Shown piece after piece: positions 13,791 to 26,900 of a stretch of 64,000 bases of DNA. Position numbers and translations under genes: made by a program. The notes below the pieces were generated by a model that was not told the DNA's origin, ran no database searches, and worked only from the letters and a program-made list of their open reading frames with translations. The stretch's first letter is position 1. Every line of letters begins with the position of its first letter. This DNA is from Amphiscolops sp. MND2022 (Eukaryota). Where the stretch lies: NCBI GenBank assembly GCA_964187785.1, contig OZ076415.1, positions 3,906,001 through 3,970,000 on the forward strand. Reading direction: 5' to 3'.

Positions 13791-16336
13791 TCATCGTGAC
13801 ATTTAATTCTGATGATTCTCTTTCTGATGCACACTCATCATTTGACGATTTCTCCCCATCTTACCCTTAATGCCCTTCTTCAAAATCAAATTACACATCT
13901 CATAATCGCTCATCAAATGACAACCCACTTATGACACAAAATGACGACACACCTTTTAAACAAGTAATTAAAACCCATCAAACAAATCCATCCTTTGATC
14001 GCTCACGACACTCACCTCAAAACCAAAATGAAAGAAATGTTACATTTCACAATTTGAGACAACAACCACGAAAAGAATAACACCTTCAAAACTTTGGAAA
14101 CTTGATGACAATCAGTAGTACTCCAACAGTTGAAACTGAAAAGCCTACTTGAAAGAAGTACTTGTTGATTTATAAATTATGTAATCACATAAATTTGGTT
14201 GTAGTGCCGAGAGTCTGCAGGAATAAAAGATTGAGAATTTAAAAAAAGATTTGAAATCACAAACCAAACTAATCAGCTTTTGACCTATGCATTTTAATGA
14301 TATTCTAGAAAAACATAATACTGAGAGAAACTAATACTGACATAATAGTTTCTAATCTAGTGAGACTAATACTGATATAGAAGTATTTCGAACTAACAAT
14401 GTTGAAACTAAAGAAGCAGCCAATACAAAGTTATTCTTAGACATAAACAAAAATATTGAAGATATAAAACTAAATTCGAAGTTTTTAGAACAAGAGATTC
14501 AAAATAAGTTGTTTGAAAAGAAAAAAATTCTTTTAGACGCTGTCAGCCTAGACATTACGATACTTGGCCCGCAAAAGTGGAAAGTGATCACTTGGTGTAA
14601 AAAGGGTTTTGGGTAGAATAGTCAATTAATGTAAATTTGTCAAAGACTGTAGTAATCCATTAGTGTAGTAGTGCAGCAAACTATAATATGAACGCGGTGA
14701 ATTTTAGTCACTATTCGTAGTTAGTAAATGATGTCAAAATTTTTCAACTGGAGTTTCACTATTGCGTTAGGTGTAAATTAGTAAAAATTTGATTAAATTC
14801 CACTTCCTGTGAGTATTTATTTTTAAAACTACTGAAAAGTGTAAAATATTCAAAGTTTGACGGGTATATGCTAATTCAATAATTATTTGAAACACATGAT
14901 TTCGTTTTGAATATTGGTTTTAATCACCTGACGTTTAATTACTGTGACTTAGTTACATTTTAACTTCGACTGAATAACGCGACTAATTAGTAAACGCGTG
15001 CGTAGAATAACACAAACATACATACAGTAACGTTTACATTGGACAACACATGCAAACAAATTTCGGCGAGTTTTTAGAATTGCATGAACTAATTGCTTAC
15101 TGATCATGACATAAGCAACAAATTGAGCTGTATCTTTATGATTTGAACTAATTGATTACTGATTACAGTAGGAAAAAGTTTAAAGATAAGTTTTTTGATT
15201 TGAATGCTTGTGATTGAATTAGAATGTGATGCCATGATGCATGTCCTCAAAGATTCTATAATCTTGAAAGAGACTTGAACTCTTAAACCAAATAATTAAA
15301 GAATGTAATTTTATTTGAAAACTAATTACTTCTGAAGAAACTTCACTTAGTACATCCTGTAACAAGCTTCTCAGATCCATCCGGTTTTTGTCATTTCTTA
15401 TTAATATAAATAATTATAACCTACCCTAGTTTGATAGAGTATATCTACTTGGAGAAAAGTAGAATCTAATCTAATAGACGGTCTTCCTGTTCAAGAAAGA
15501 ACTAACTGAGGCCTCAGCAAGATTAGACTTAAAGCTAGCTAGCTAAACGGACTTGAAATAAAGACGACTCTGCTATTAAAATCTTAGACTTCTTATGTCT
15601 ACAATAAAAGATCTAAAAGAAACATCACTCAACATTTTTAACAGCTCAATTGGTGCGACCAAGAAAATTATTTTTTCTCTCCTTCTAATTACACAACTCT
15701 CCAACTTTTGCACACCTCTTCTCGACATTCTTGTCAGATACCTTTTTGCTCGAGACACAGTTTCTTGACCTCTCAATATTGTCTACCGTTATTGATTTCT
15801 AAGGTTGCAACCAATTTCTATAAGAAATTGATTCGTGTTGCTATTGTTCTGTCCACGTCCTTTATCGTAATTCCTGTCAGTCACATTTCTTGGTTCTGAC
15901 TGCGTTTTTTAACGTAATTCCGGTCAGTTACTTTTTCGTTCCAACCACCTCTGAGTGAATTCGTGTTGGCATTCGTGCTGATACGTGTTGAGACGTGCGA
16001 TACGTGTTGGTCTTTCTACAGAGCTACCAGCTAATTCCTGCTAGCAAAATACTTTGGTTCTAGCCGCTTGGATCAACTTTAAAGTTGGCACACTTATATA
16101 ACATATATACTCCTAAATCACAATATTTTAGTACATCTCTTTTCTGTACCCTATGCTGTACATTTAATATAAAAAACTCTTTTAAAACCAGTTAACGGAT
16201 CCAAATTAATAACAAAGAATTGAACAACAACTCATATAACTTCAAATAATTGAACATCAACTCATATAACTTCCACATACTTGTACAAAATATCTTACAC
16301 AATGTTTAACATAATCTTGATAGATTATCATTATAC

Positions 16337-16741
16337 ATGTCGCCTTCAGTAGATGATGTACTTCAAATCATTATCTGCCTTTGGTTCTCTTTTGCACTCT
16401 TTGCTGGTCTTGCACTTTTCAATGACTTTTTAATAATTTAATACCTTAATAATAAAAATTTTTAATACCTTTTATACCAAAATATTGATATATAATTTTT
16501 CCTTTCTATGTTAACAAGTATAATACTGCCTCTTTTTGGACTACTTAGTAATGATTATACCTTTTGTATCCCCCTACAGTATATACATAACCCCGTCCTT
16601 CTTTTCCTTTGTACAAAACTTACAATATTCCTACAGGTTGCATTTGTAGATCAAATCTTACCATATAACTCTCAATTTGATACAGAAGATCTTCTGTTAC
16701 AATACATTTATCCTTTATGGCAGTCCTACTATACTGACTAA
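16337..16741 (+). pseudogene. ORF0, multi-TM protein upstream of gag (copy C, unit 1)
   Basis: MSPSVDDVLQIIICLWFSFALFAGLALFND, then a frameshift, then MLTSIILPLFGLLSNDYTFCIPLQYIHNPVLLFLCTKLTIFLQVAFVDQILP. The stop lies 15 nt before the gag ATG. Confidence 0.65.
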
Positions 16742-16756
16742 TCCTTATAACATATA

Positions 16757-19267
16757 ATGCTTCCTCCCCCATTTGTTTTATCTACAGAAAAGAGACAAAA
16801 CCGATCTCTTACACAATATGTAATACCTTTTTTAAACAACATCATCTTTCAGTACACAAACCAACTCCCATTTGAAACAGAACCCCAAACGATACAAACT
16901 ATTCCATTGGCAAGAGAACACTGTGATTCTTATCTATTTTACATTCCACATAAAACACTTGAAGTAACCCCATCGCGAAACCATTTTCAAATTCTTTTTA
17001 ACCAAGTTAAGAGAATCAGCACAGGAACATATTATAGAACAATTCATCCACAAAACATCACACTTTCTATCCAAGATGTTTTCATTACTTATATGCAAAT
17101 CTTATTGAATTTAATGAAAACCAACATACACCACTCTATCTTCCTTCTCATTTAGAAGACCTCAAATATAAATCTGAATATTTTGAGGTCCCAGACCTTG
17201 AAACAAGAATTCAGAGACATGATAACCCTTACTATGGGTCACAACAAGATATATTACAAGTAAAAAAACTTTGAAAACAGATTCTTTAACAATATTACCT
17301 TTACTGGAGCCACCATTCCTCAAGCCAAAGTCTTCACTCAATCTTTATTAAAATTTTTCAGATTTAACTATCAATTGCTTTGGGAACAACAAGATCAACA
17401 AGTTTACATTAATTTTCCTCAAATACTAACACAAACTGAACTCTTACCATACATCATTAAAAATGAACATAGACATTTACAGTACCAGGATCCTACCTAA
17501 TTTAACACCACTTATTTTGAACCGATAAATCTTGAACACAATTTTTTAACTGAATATTCTGAAACATCACATAACAGACCTTATATTAAATCCAACATTT
17601 CCCCTGAAGCAACCGCAGAAGAACAAACCTCTAATGTCTTACCTCAATATACTAGACAACATTCAGATCAATCAGAACAAGATGACCTTGTTAACTTTTT
17701 CAAAATCAAGAACCTCATTAATTAAATCTACTATAACCACAATTACCACAAGCTTCTGATATACAACAGTTAAATCCTTTTGAAACTGCTACAATACAAA
17801 ATGCATCAGAATTTTTCTGAAGAAACTGTACAGACTGTACAAAATACACAACGTCTTACAATAACTAATGATTCAAATATTATACAAGTTTCTACCCACA
17901 ATATCACACCAGATGAAACTAATAACCCAAACCAAGACAGCACTTTAAACACAACCCAAGATAACACCCCTAGTTTATCTACATCTCATACTAAATACAA
18001 CTCACACAACCATCTCAAACACAAAGATCCCCTCGTCAAAATTATGACCCACCTTCTATTCCATCTCAATTCTCAACTCAAATCCACACTCATAATTCTC
18101 CTCAACAAAGCTCATCTGATACGCAACACACAAATACAGTCCATTTTCAAACACCAACTCCACCATCACCTCCTGAAATACAAACTTCAACTTATACTCC
18201 TGCTCAAAGTAATCCAGTACAAAATGTACACACTGGTTTAAATATTAACACTATCCATTCAAACCCACCTTTCAATTACACAACTTCTAGACACTTTTCT
18301 AGACCTCCGTTGCAACCCATAGTAAATAACCCATTATCATACAATCTTACAAGCACAAACTCGAGTCATACACAACAACCTTTGACAAACAATAGTCGAG
18401 CCAATTCCTCAAATTCTTTTCCTCCTCCACAAATACAATCACACCTACTTTACAAAACTCACAACTCCAAATATCAAACCGCCCTACAACAAATATTAGA
18501 ACTAATCCCCACTTTCATAATACACCTGCTACCTCTTTTACAAATACTTCAAATGTTCCTACATACAATACAGTACCACCGTCTACAATATCTCCAAATA
18601 CGATTTCCCAACCGGCATATATCAACTCTTCTACTTCAATATCAGAACCTAATAAACATTTTGATGGCTTAGATCATAACTCTACACCTGAAGAACACTC
18701 ACAACGTATTGAAGCACGTGTTACATTTTCTCTAGGATTACAACCAACTTCTGAAAATGAATATAAATTTGGCACGCATGTCGCATGGTTTTTTTACAAT
18801 GTTCTTTAACAGGTACAGTTCTCAGTTGGTACATCCGTTTAAACGACACTTATAAACAAGATTGGCACGCTTTCGAACAAGCTTTCAAAAAACAATTCTT
18901 TTCTCAAAGGAATGCTTACTATGCTCAAGTTGAAGTCCTTAACCTCTCAAAAAAAGGACAATGAAACAGTACGTCATTTTGCACTTAAAGTTCAACAGCT
19001 GGTTGGAAAAGGCTGGTGTAATGAGAATGCATCTACCATAAATCTCAAATGTAACGAAACTTCACAAAAGGACTTCCTAAAAACCTCAAAGACTTTGCAA
19101 ACAAAAGACAAGTAAAACACACTTCTACTGTCTTAGAACCTTCTATTCCTTTTGATACATTGATAAAACTTGTTGATGCTGAAGACATTGCTAAAGATAA
19201 AATTAGAACACATGATCTTGCACTTGAAGTCAATAACATTACGAAACAATTACACACCCAAACTCTT
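16757..19267 (+). pseudogene. gag: gag, 3'-truncated duplicate
   Basis: MLPPPFVLST start. FDGLDHN...IEARVTFSLG and KKDNETVRHFALKVQQLV CA motifs. Ends at the duplication junction. Confidence 0.8.
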
Positions 19268-19273
19268 TAAGTT

Positions 19274-22200
19274 AAAAGTTTAAAGATAAGTTTTTTGATT
19301 TGAATGCTTGTGATTGAATTAGAATGTGATGCCATGATGCATGTCCTCAAAGATTCTATAATCTTGAAAGAGACTTGAACTCTTAAACCAAATAATTAAA
19401 GAATGTAATTTTATTTGAAAACTAATTACTTCTGAAGAAACTTCACTTAGTACATCCTGTAACAAGCTTCTCAGATCCATCCGGTTTTTGTCATTTCTTA
19501 TTAATATAAATAATTATAACCTACCCTAGTTTGATAGAGTATATCTACTTGGAGAAAAGTAGAATCTAATCTAATAGACGGTCTTCCTGTTCAAGAAAGA
19601 ACTAACTGAGGCCTCAGCAAGATTAGACTTAAAGCTAGCTAGCTAAACGGACTTGAAATAAAGACGACTCTGCTATTAAAATCTTAGACTTCTTATGTCT
19701 ACAATAAAAGATCTAAAAGAAACATCACTCAACATTTTTAACAGCTCAATTGGTGCGACCAAGAAAATTATTTTTTCTCTCCTTCTAATTACACAACTCT
19801 CCAACTTTTGCACACCTCTTCTCGACATTCTTGTCAGATACCTTTTTGCTCGAGACACAGTTTCTTGACCTCTCAATATTGTCTACCGTTATTGATTTCT
19901 AAGGTTGCAACCAATTTCTATAAGAAATTGATTCGTGTTGCTATTGTTCTGTCCACGTCCTTTATCGTAATTCCTGTCAGTCACATTTCTTGGTTCTGAC
20001 TGCGTTTTTTAACGTAATTCCGGTCAGTTACTTTTTCGTTCCAACCACCTCTGAGTGAATTCGTGTTGGCATTCGTGTTGATACGTGTTGAGACGTGCGA
20101 TACGTGTCGGTCTTTCTACAGAGCTACCAGCTAATTCCTGCTAGCAAAATACTTTGGTTCTAGCCGCTTGGATCAACTTTAAAATTGGCACACTTATATA
20201 ACATATATACTCCTAAATCACAATATTTTAGTACATCTCTTTTCTGTACCCTATACTGTACATTTAATATAAAAAACTCTTTTAAAACCAGTTAACGGAT
20301 CCAAATATATAACAAAGAATTGAACAACAACTCATATAACTTCAAATAATTGAACATCAACTCATATAACTTCCACATACTTGTACAAAATATCTTACAC
20401 AATGTTTAACATAATCTTGATAGATTATCATTATACATGTCGCCTTCAGTAGATGATGTACTTCAAATCATTATCTGCCTTTGGTTCTCTTTTGCACTCT
20501 TTGCTGGTCTTGCACTTTTCAATGACAAATTTTTAATACCTTTTATACCAAAATATTGATATATAATTTTTCCTTTCTATGTTAACAAGTATAATACTGC
20601 CTCTTTTTGGACTACTTAGTAATGATTATACCTTTTGTATCCCCCTACAGTATATACATAACCCCGTCCTTCTTTTCCTTTGTACAAAACTTACAATATT
20701 CCTACAGGTTGCATTTGTAGATCAAATCTTACCATATAACTCTCAATTTGATACAAAAGATCTTCTGTTACAATACATTTATCCTTTATGGCAGTCCTAC
20801 TATACTGACTAATCCTTATAACATATAATGCTTCCTCCCCCATTTGTTTTATCTACAGAAAAGAGACAAAACCGATCTCTTACACAATATGTAATACCTT
20901 TTTTAAACAACATCATCTTTCAGTACACAAACCAACTCCCATTTGAAACAGAACCCCAAACGATACAAACTATTCCATTGGCAAGAGAACACTGTGATTC
21001 TTATCTATTTTACATTCCACATAAAACACTTGAAGTAACCCCATCGCGAAACCATTTTCAAATTCTTTTTAACCAAGTTAAGAGAATCAGCACAGGAACA
21101 TATTATAGAACAATTCATCCACAAAACATCACACTTTCTATCCAAGATGTTTTCATTACTTATATGCAAATCTTATTGAATTTAATGAAAACCAACATAC
21201 ACCACTCTATCTTCCTTCTCATTTAGAAGACCTCAAATATAAATCTGAATATTTTGAGGTCCCAGACCTTGAAACAAGAATTCAGAGACATGATAACCCT
21301 TACTATGGGTCACAACAAGATATATTACAAGTAAAAAAACTTTGAAAACAGATTCTTTAACAATATTACCTTTACTGGAGCCACCATTCCTCAAGCCAAA
21401 GTCTTCACTCAATCTTTATTAAAATTTTTCAGATTTAACTATCAATTGCTTTGGGAACAACAAGATCAACAAGTTTACATTAATTTTCCTCAAATACTAA
21501 CACAAACTGAACTCTTACCATACATCATTAAAAATGAACATAGACATTTACAGTACCAGGATCCTACCTAATTTAACACCACTTATTTTGAACCGATAAA
21601 TCTTGAACACAATTTTTTAACTGAATATTCTGAAACATCACATAACAGACCTTATATTAAATCCAACATTTCCCCTGAAGCAACCGCAGAAGAACAAACC
21701 TCTAATGTCTTACCTCAATATACTAGACAACATTCAGAACAATCAGAAAAGATGACCTTGTTAACTTTTTCAAAATCAAGAACCTCAATAATTAAATCTA
21801 CTATAACCACAATTACCACAAGCTTCTGATATACAACAGTTAAATCCTTTTGAAACTGCTACAATACAAAATGCATCAGAAATTTTCTGAAGAAACTGTA
21901 CAGACTGTACAAAATACACAACGTCTTACAATAACTAATGATTCAAATATTATACAAGTTTCTACCCACAATATCACACCAGATGAAACTAATAACCCAA
22001 ACCAAGACAGCACTTTAAACACAACCCAAGATAACACCCCTAGTTTATCTACATCTCATACTAAATACAACTCACACAACCATCTCAAACACAAAGATCC
22101 CCTCGTCAAAATTATGACCCACCTTCTATTCCATCTCAATTCTCAACTCAAATCCACACTCATAATTCTCCTCAACAAAGCTCATCTGATACGCAACACA

Positions 22201-23337
22201 CTAATACAGTCCATTTTCAAACACCAACTCCACCATCACCTCCTGAAATACAAACTTCAACTTATACTCCTGCTCAAAGTAATCCAGTACAAAATGTACA
22301 CACTGGTTTAAATATTAACACTATCCATTCAAACCCACCTTTCAATTACACAACTTCTAGACACTTTTCTAGACCTCCGTTGCAACCCATAGTAAATAAC
22401 CCATTATCATACAATCTTACAAGCACAAACTCGAGTCATACACAACAACCTTTGACAAACAATAGTCGAGCCAATTCCTCAAATACTTTTCCTCCTCCAC
22501 AAATACAATCACACCTACTTTACAAAACTCACAACTCCAAATATCAAACCGCCCTACAACAAATATTAGAACTAATCCCCACTTTCATAATACACCTGCC
22601 ACCTCTTTTACAAATACTTCAAATGTTCCTACATACAATACAGTACCACCGTCTACAATATCTCCAAATACGATTTCCCAACCGGCATATATCAACTCTT
22701 CTACTTCAATATCAGAACCTAATAAACATTTTGATGGCTTAGATCATAACTCTACACCTGAAGAACACTCACAACGTATTGAAGCACGTGTTACATTTTC
22801 TCTAGGATTACAACCAACTTCTGAAAATGAATATAAATTTGGCACGCATGTCGCATGGTTTTTATACAATGTTCTTTAACAGGTACAGTTCTCAGTTGGT
22901 ACATCCGTTTAAACGACACTTATAAACAAGATTGGCAAGCTTTCGAACAAGCTTTCAAAAAACAACTCTTTTCTCAAAGGAATGCTTACTATGCTCAAGT
23001 TGAAGTCCTTAACCTCTCAAAAAAAGGACAATGAAACAGTACGTCATTTTGCACTTAAAGTTCAACAGCTGGTTGGAAAAGGCTGGTGTAATGAGAATGC
23101 ATCTACCATAAATCTCAAATGTAACGAAACTTCACAAAAGGACTTCCTAAAAACCTCAAAGACTTTGCAAACAAAAGACAAGTAAAACACACTTCTACTG
23201 TCTTAGAACCTTCTATTCCTTTTGATACATTGATAAAACTTGTTGATGCTGAAGACATTGCTAAAGATAAAATTAGAACACATGATCTTGCACTTGAAGT
23301 CAATAACATTACGAAACAATTACACACCCAAACTCTT
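19274..23337 (+). repeat. Tandem duplication unit 2 (continues into the full gag-pol)
   Basis: Identical ORF-track peptides recur (for example 15576/19676, 16757/20828, 18912/22982). Confidence 0.95.
20437..20812 (+). pseudogene. ORF0 (copy C, unit 2)
   Basis: Duplicate of 16337..16741 without the insertion; one frameshift. Confidence 0.65.
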
Positions 23338-23945
23338 GAACCTTCATCGCAAGCACAACTTTTGTTTACTCAACCCAAAGACCCAAATAACAAAAAGATA
23401 CCTGCATATAAAAAATTTTGTTCATATTGTCACAAAACAAGTCACTCCACCTCTGCTTGTTTCAAAAAACAACGAGATGGTGAAGACAAACGAGATGCTT
23501 AAGCTCGATCAAAATCTCCACAAAAATCATTTGTACAATACTTCCGTTCTCCTTCTAACGATAGAAAAAAACACTATGATAATCCATTTAGAAGTCGAAG
23601 TACTTCAAGTAACAAATCTTACAAGATCTATGCACAAAATCGATACCGTTCTACATCTAGAGATAGATTTAGCTATGACAAAAGTACTACTCGTCCTCCA
23701 CAATACTCTAGAGCACGACATGATACTTACAAACGCGATTCACGGTCTTGCCGCTCTCCATACAGATCTTCTTATAGATCTCCTTATAGACACAACTCTC
23801 GCCCTAGATAAAGATCACGCTCCTATTCAAGAGACAATAATTTATATACAACAAAAGATTTACAAATTCATACAGACCACCTTCCAGACCAAGAGATTCT
23901 AGATTTTCTAGATCCCGTTCACACTCCAATTCTAGGAATAAAATC
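20828..23945 (+). pseudogene. gag: gag (copy C): long S/T/N/P-rich region, CA domain, CCHC knuckle, RS-rich tail
   Basis: CSYCHKTSHSTSAC at about 23417-23460 and RSPYRSSYRSPYR at about 23752-23790. Frameshifts and stops. Confidence 0.85.
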
Positions 23946-23948
23946 AAT

Positions 23949-26900
23949 ATGATACAAACACAAGACCAATCTGAACCTATAGAATTTGAAGTACTTATGT
24001 ATCACCCAACGGCAAGTGCAAACGCTGTAACACATAAAAGTTGGTTTTATACTCTATATGTTCATACACCATCAAGTATAACACAAAGAGATAACCCATC
24101 TAGACTTGAAATTGCATTCCTTTTAGATAACGGTGCTTCAATCTCTGTGTTAAATAACCCAACATACATTACTCTTACAAAACTCTTAGATTTCAGACCA
24201 AGTCACACTTCTGACATTGGACCACACCACACTTCAAAAACCTTAACTGTTGCAAATCAAATCGAAGTTTCTATATTACATTATGCAGATATAATTTTAA
24301 ACACCACAATTGACGATACTTCTCGTTAATTTTCAGTACCTTTCGCAGTAGCTGATATGAAATACAATATCCTCAGTACACCCTTCTTTGAAGACAATTT
24401 ACAAAACATAAACATACAAGATTTTTCATTAGAGTTTAAATACCAATCAAAAACACACCCCCAACTATGCAAAATTTACAACACTCCTATCTAAAGACTA
24501 CACATAATTTTCCTACATTTACAGAATAAACTCTAAAACTCAAATACGTTTAAAACCCAAATCTTCTAAAATTGCACACTTTCCGATAAAAAATTACCAA
24601 GTTCTTCGTTTTACAACCACACCACAAAATCACTTCTTCCCTTCAGTACCACACACCTATTTTGCTACCAAGTTTCGTACCAATTTCAATTTTACTGAAG
24701 TTTTCACAGATAACAAGCCAGACATTTGTGCAACTATTATTCAGAACACCTCCAAGCATGTTGCAACATTACCTACAGGACATACTGGATATATCGAAGT
24801 TCCAATTACAAATGAAAAACCTAAACTTTTCCAAGTCAACGATATTAACACTCTAATACATAATGTTACTCATACATACCATCCTGAAAACTCGAATACG
24901 TTTAAAACCCAAATCTTCTAAAATTGCACACTTTCAGATAAAATTTACCATATTCTTCATTTTACAACCACACCACAAAATCACTTCTTCCCTTCAGTAC
25001 CACACACCTATTTCGCTAGCAAGTTTCGTACAAATTTCAATTTAATTGAAGTCTTCACAGATAACAAGCCAGACATTTGTGCAACTATTATTCAGAACAC
25101 CTCCAAGCATGTTTCACCATTACTTACAGGACATATTGGATATATCGAAGTTCCAGTTACAAATGAAAATTCTAAACTTTTCCAAGTCAACGATATTAAC
25201 ACTCTAATACATAATGTTACTCATACATACCATCCTGAAATCACTGAACCAGTTCCACAAACCAATTATGTTGTAATTTTTGATGATCCTAGAACTCCCC
25301 CTACTCAATTTTCCCTACATCAAAATTATTTGAAAAATTCTGGCATACCACACCAAACTTCACCTTTATATATTGTCCAACCTACTTCTCACACTTCTGA
25401 AACACGCATTTTTCCTTCATTACCACATACTTCTGAAAATTTGAAATTCATCAACGAATTTAACTTCCAATTCTCTGACCTTACAGACACTTAGTAAATT
25501 ACCCTTTGTAATATGTTACTTAAATATAAAACATGTTATGCAACTCATAAGAACGATGTTGGTAAAATCTCAACTCCCTTTCGTATTAGACTTAAACCCT
25601 AAATGCTCAACTTATGACACAACGTCCTTCTAAAGTCCCCATTCACAGTAGAGACAAACTTATTGCACTTCTTACAGAATTAGAAAAAAATAACATCATA
25701 AAACAAATCGGTTCCTCTCCAGAAAACAAACCAGTCTATGGTACAACTTATTGAAATCATCTCATTATAATCCCAAAAGGAGACACTATAAAATGTGTAT
25801 TAGACTCTCGACACCTTAACTCAAATACAGAACAATCTGATGAATCTTGGCCTATTGAACATCTCGCTCCACAATTAGCACGAGTAAACAAAACGTACAA
25901 ATCTGCAATTGATCTTATGTACGCCTATGCACATACACCCCTTGATGAAGACACTATTAAACTTACCAGTTTCTCCTCAGGAGATAAACTCTTTGCTTTC
26001 ATAAGAGGTTTCTATGGTCTTAAAGAACTTCCAAATTTCTTTACAAAACAGATGTCTACTTTCTTTAAAACTCTTATAATAGAACAAGGTTTTGCCCTTG
26101 TCTACATTGACAATATCTTACTTTTATCTGACTCTAAAGGACAAATGTTCCAACTCGTCGAACAATTACACGTTATCAGTACAGAAAACAATCTTAAACT
26201 AGCCCCTGAAAAATCCTTTTTCATGCTCCCTAAAGTCGAATTTCATGGACATGAAATTGGTTACGATACAATTAAACCAATTCACTCAACAATCGCAGCT
26301 ATTCATAAAATTCCTTCTCCTACTGGCAAAGTTGCTTTAATGAGTTTCATTGGCGCACTCAACTTTTACACTATATTGTTTGAAAAACTACATATTAATT
26401 TTAAACCGTTTTACGATCTTTTACATGAGAACACTCCATGGAAATGGCAAAATGGACATGAACGTTTTTTTCAAAAACTAAAAATGTCACTCACTTCTGA
26501 AACAGAACTTACAAACCCAATTACCCATTTTTTATCACAGTTGATGCTTCACTTATTGGATTAGGCGCTGTTCTCTTCCAATTAAATGAACAAAACAAAA
26601 TGAAAGTCATGTCGTACAATTCTCGTATACTCAACCCACAAGAACAAAAACTTTCAACACTCGACCGAGAACTTCTTGGTATAGTACATGCTCTTCAAAT
26701 TTACGAATTTCTTATTATTGGTTCTCCCCATCCAATACATATTTTTACTGATCAGAAACCTCTTTTACATTGTTTTACAAAAAGAGTCACCTTAGTCCTC
26801 GTTTCTATGGAGCTCAAATGCAGTTAACTAAAGTTTCAAAACTCAACTTATTCCACACCCCTGGAAAAAAACCTTTCTGTTGCTGACATGTTGAGCCGAT

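Larger units (their letters stand above)
5900..14100 (+). mobile_element. Ty3/Gypsy retroelement copy B (leader, ORF0, gag, pol), degenerate, protease region deleted
   Basis: Leader homologous to 15200-16100. Has a gag CA region and CCHC knuckle, then RT, RH and INT remnants. Confidence 0.85.
15174..19267 (+). repeat. Tandem duplication unit 1 (leader, ORF0 and 5' gag of copy C)
   Basis: Near-identical to 19274..23337. Start offset is exactly 4100 bp, with a 6-nt junction TAAGTT at 19268-19273 and an extra about 30 bp in this unit near 16430. Confidence 0.95.

Noticed and set aside
14170-14600. Coding-like A-rich stretch (…TKLFLDINKNIEDIKLNSKFLEQEIQNKLFEK…)
   Set aside because: Short, no start codon, no motif and no second copy in the window.
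15651-15670. TGGTGCGACC(A) (also at 6622) as primer binding site
   Set aside because: Conserved and TGG-initiated, with partial resemblance to an Arg-tRNA PBS at 6622. It is not preceded by a clear LTR end, and the downstream bases diverge. It cannot be supported without host tRNAs.
23240-23902. 220-aa Leu/Ile-rich ORF as a separate gene
   Set aside because: Off-frame shadow of the RS-rich Gag tail.
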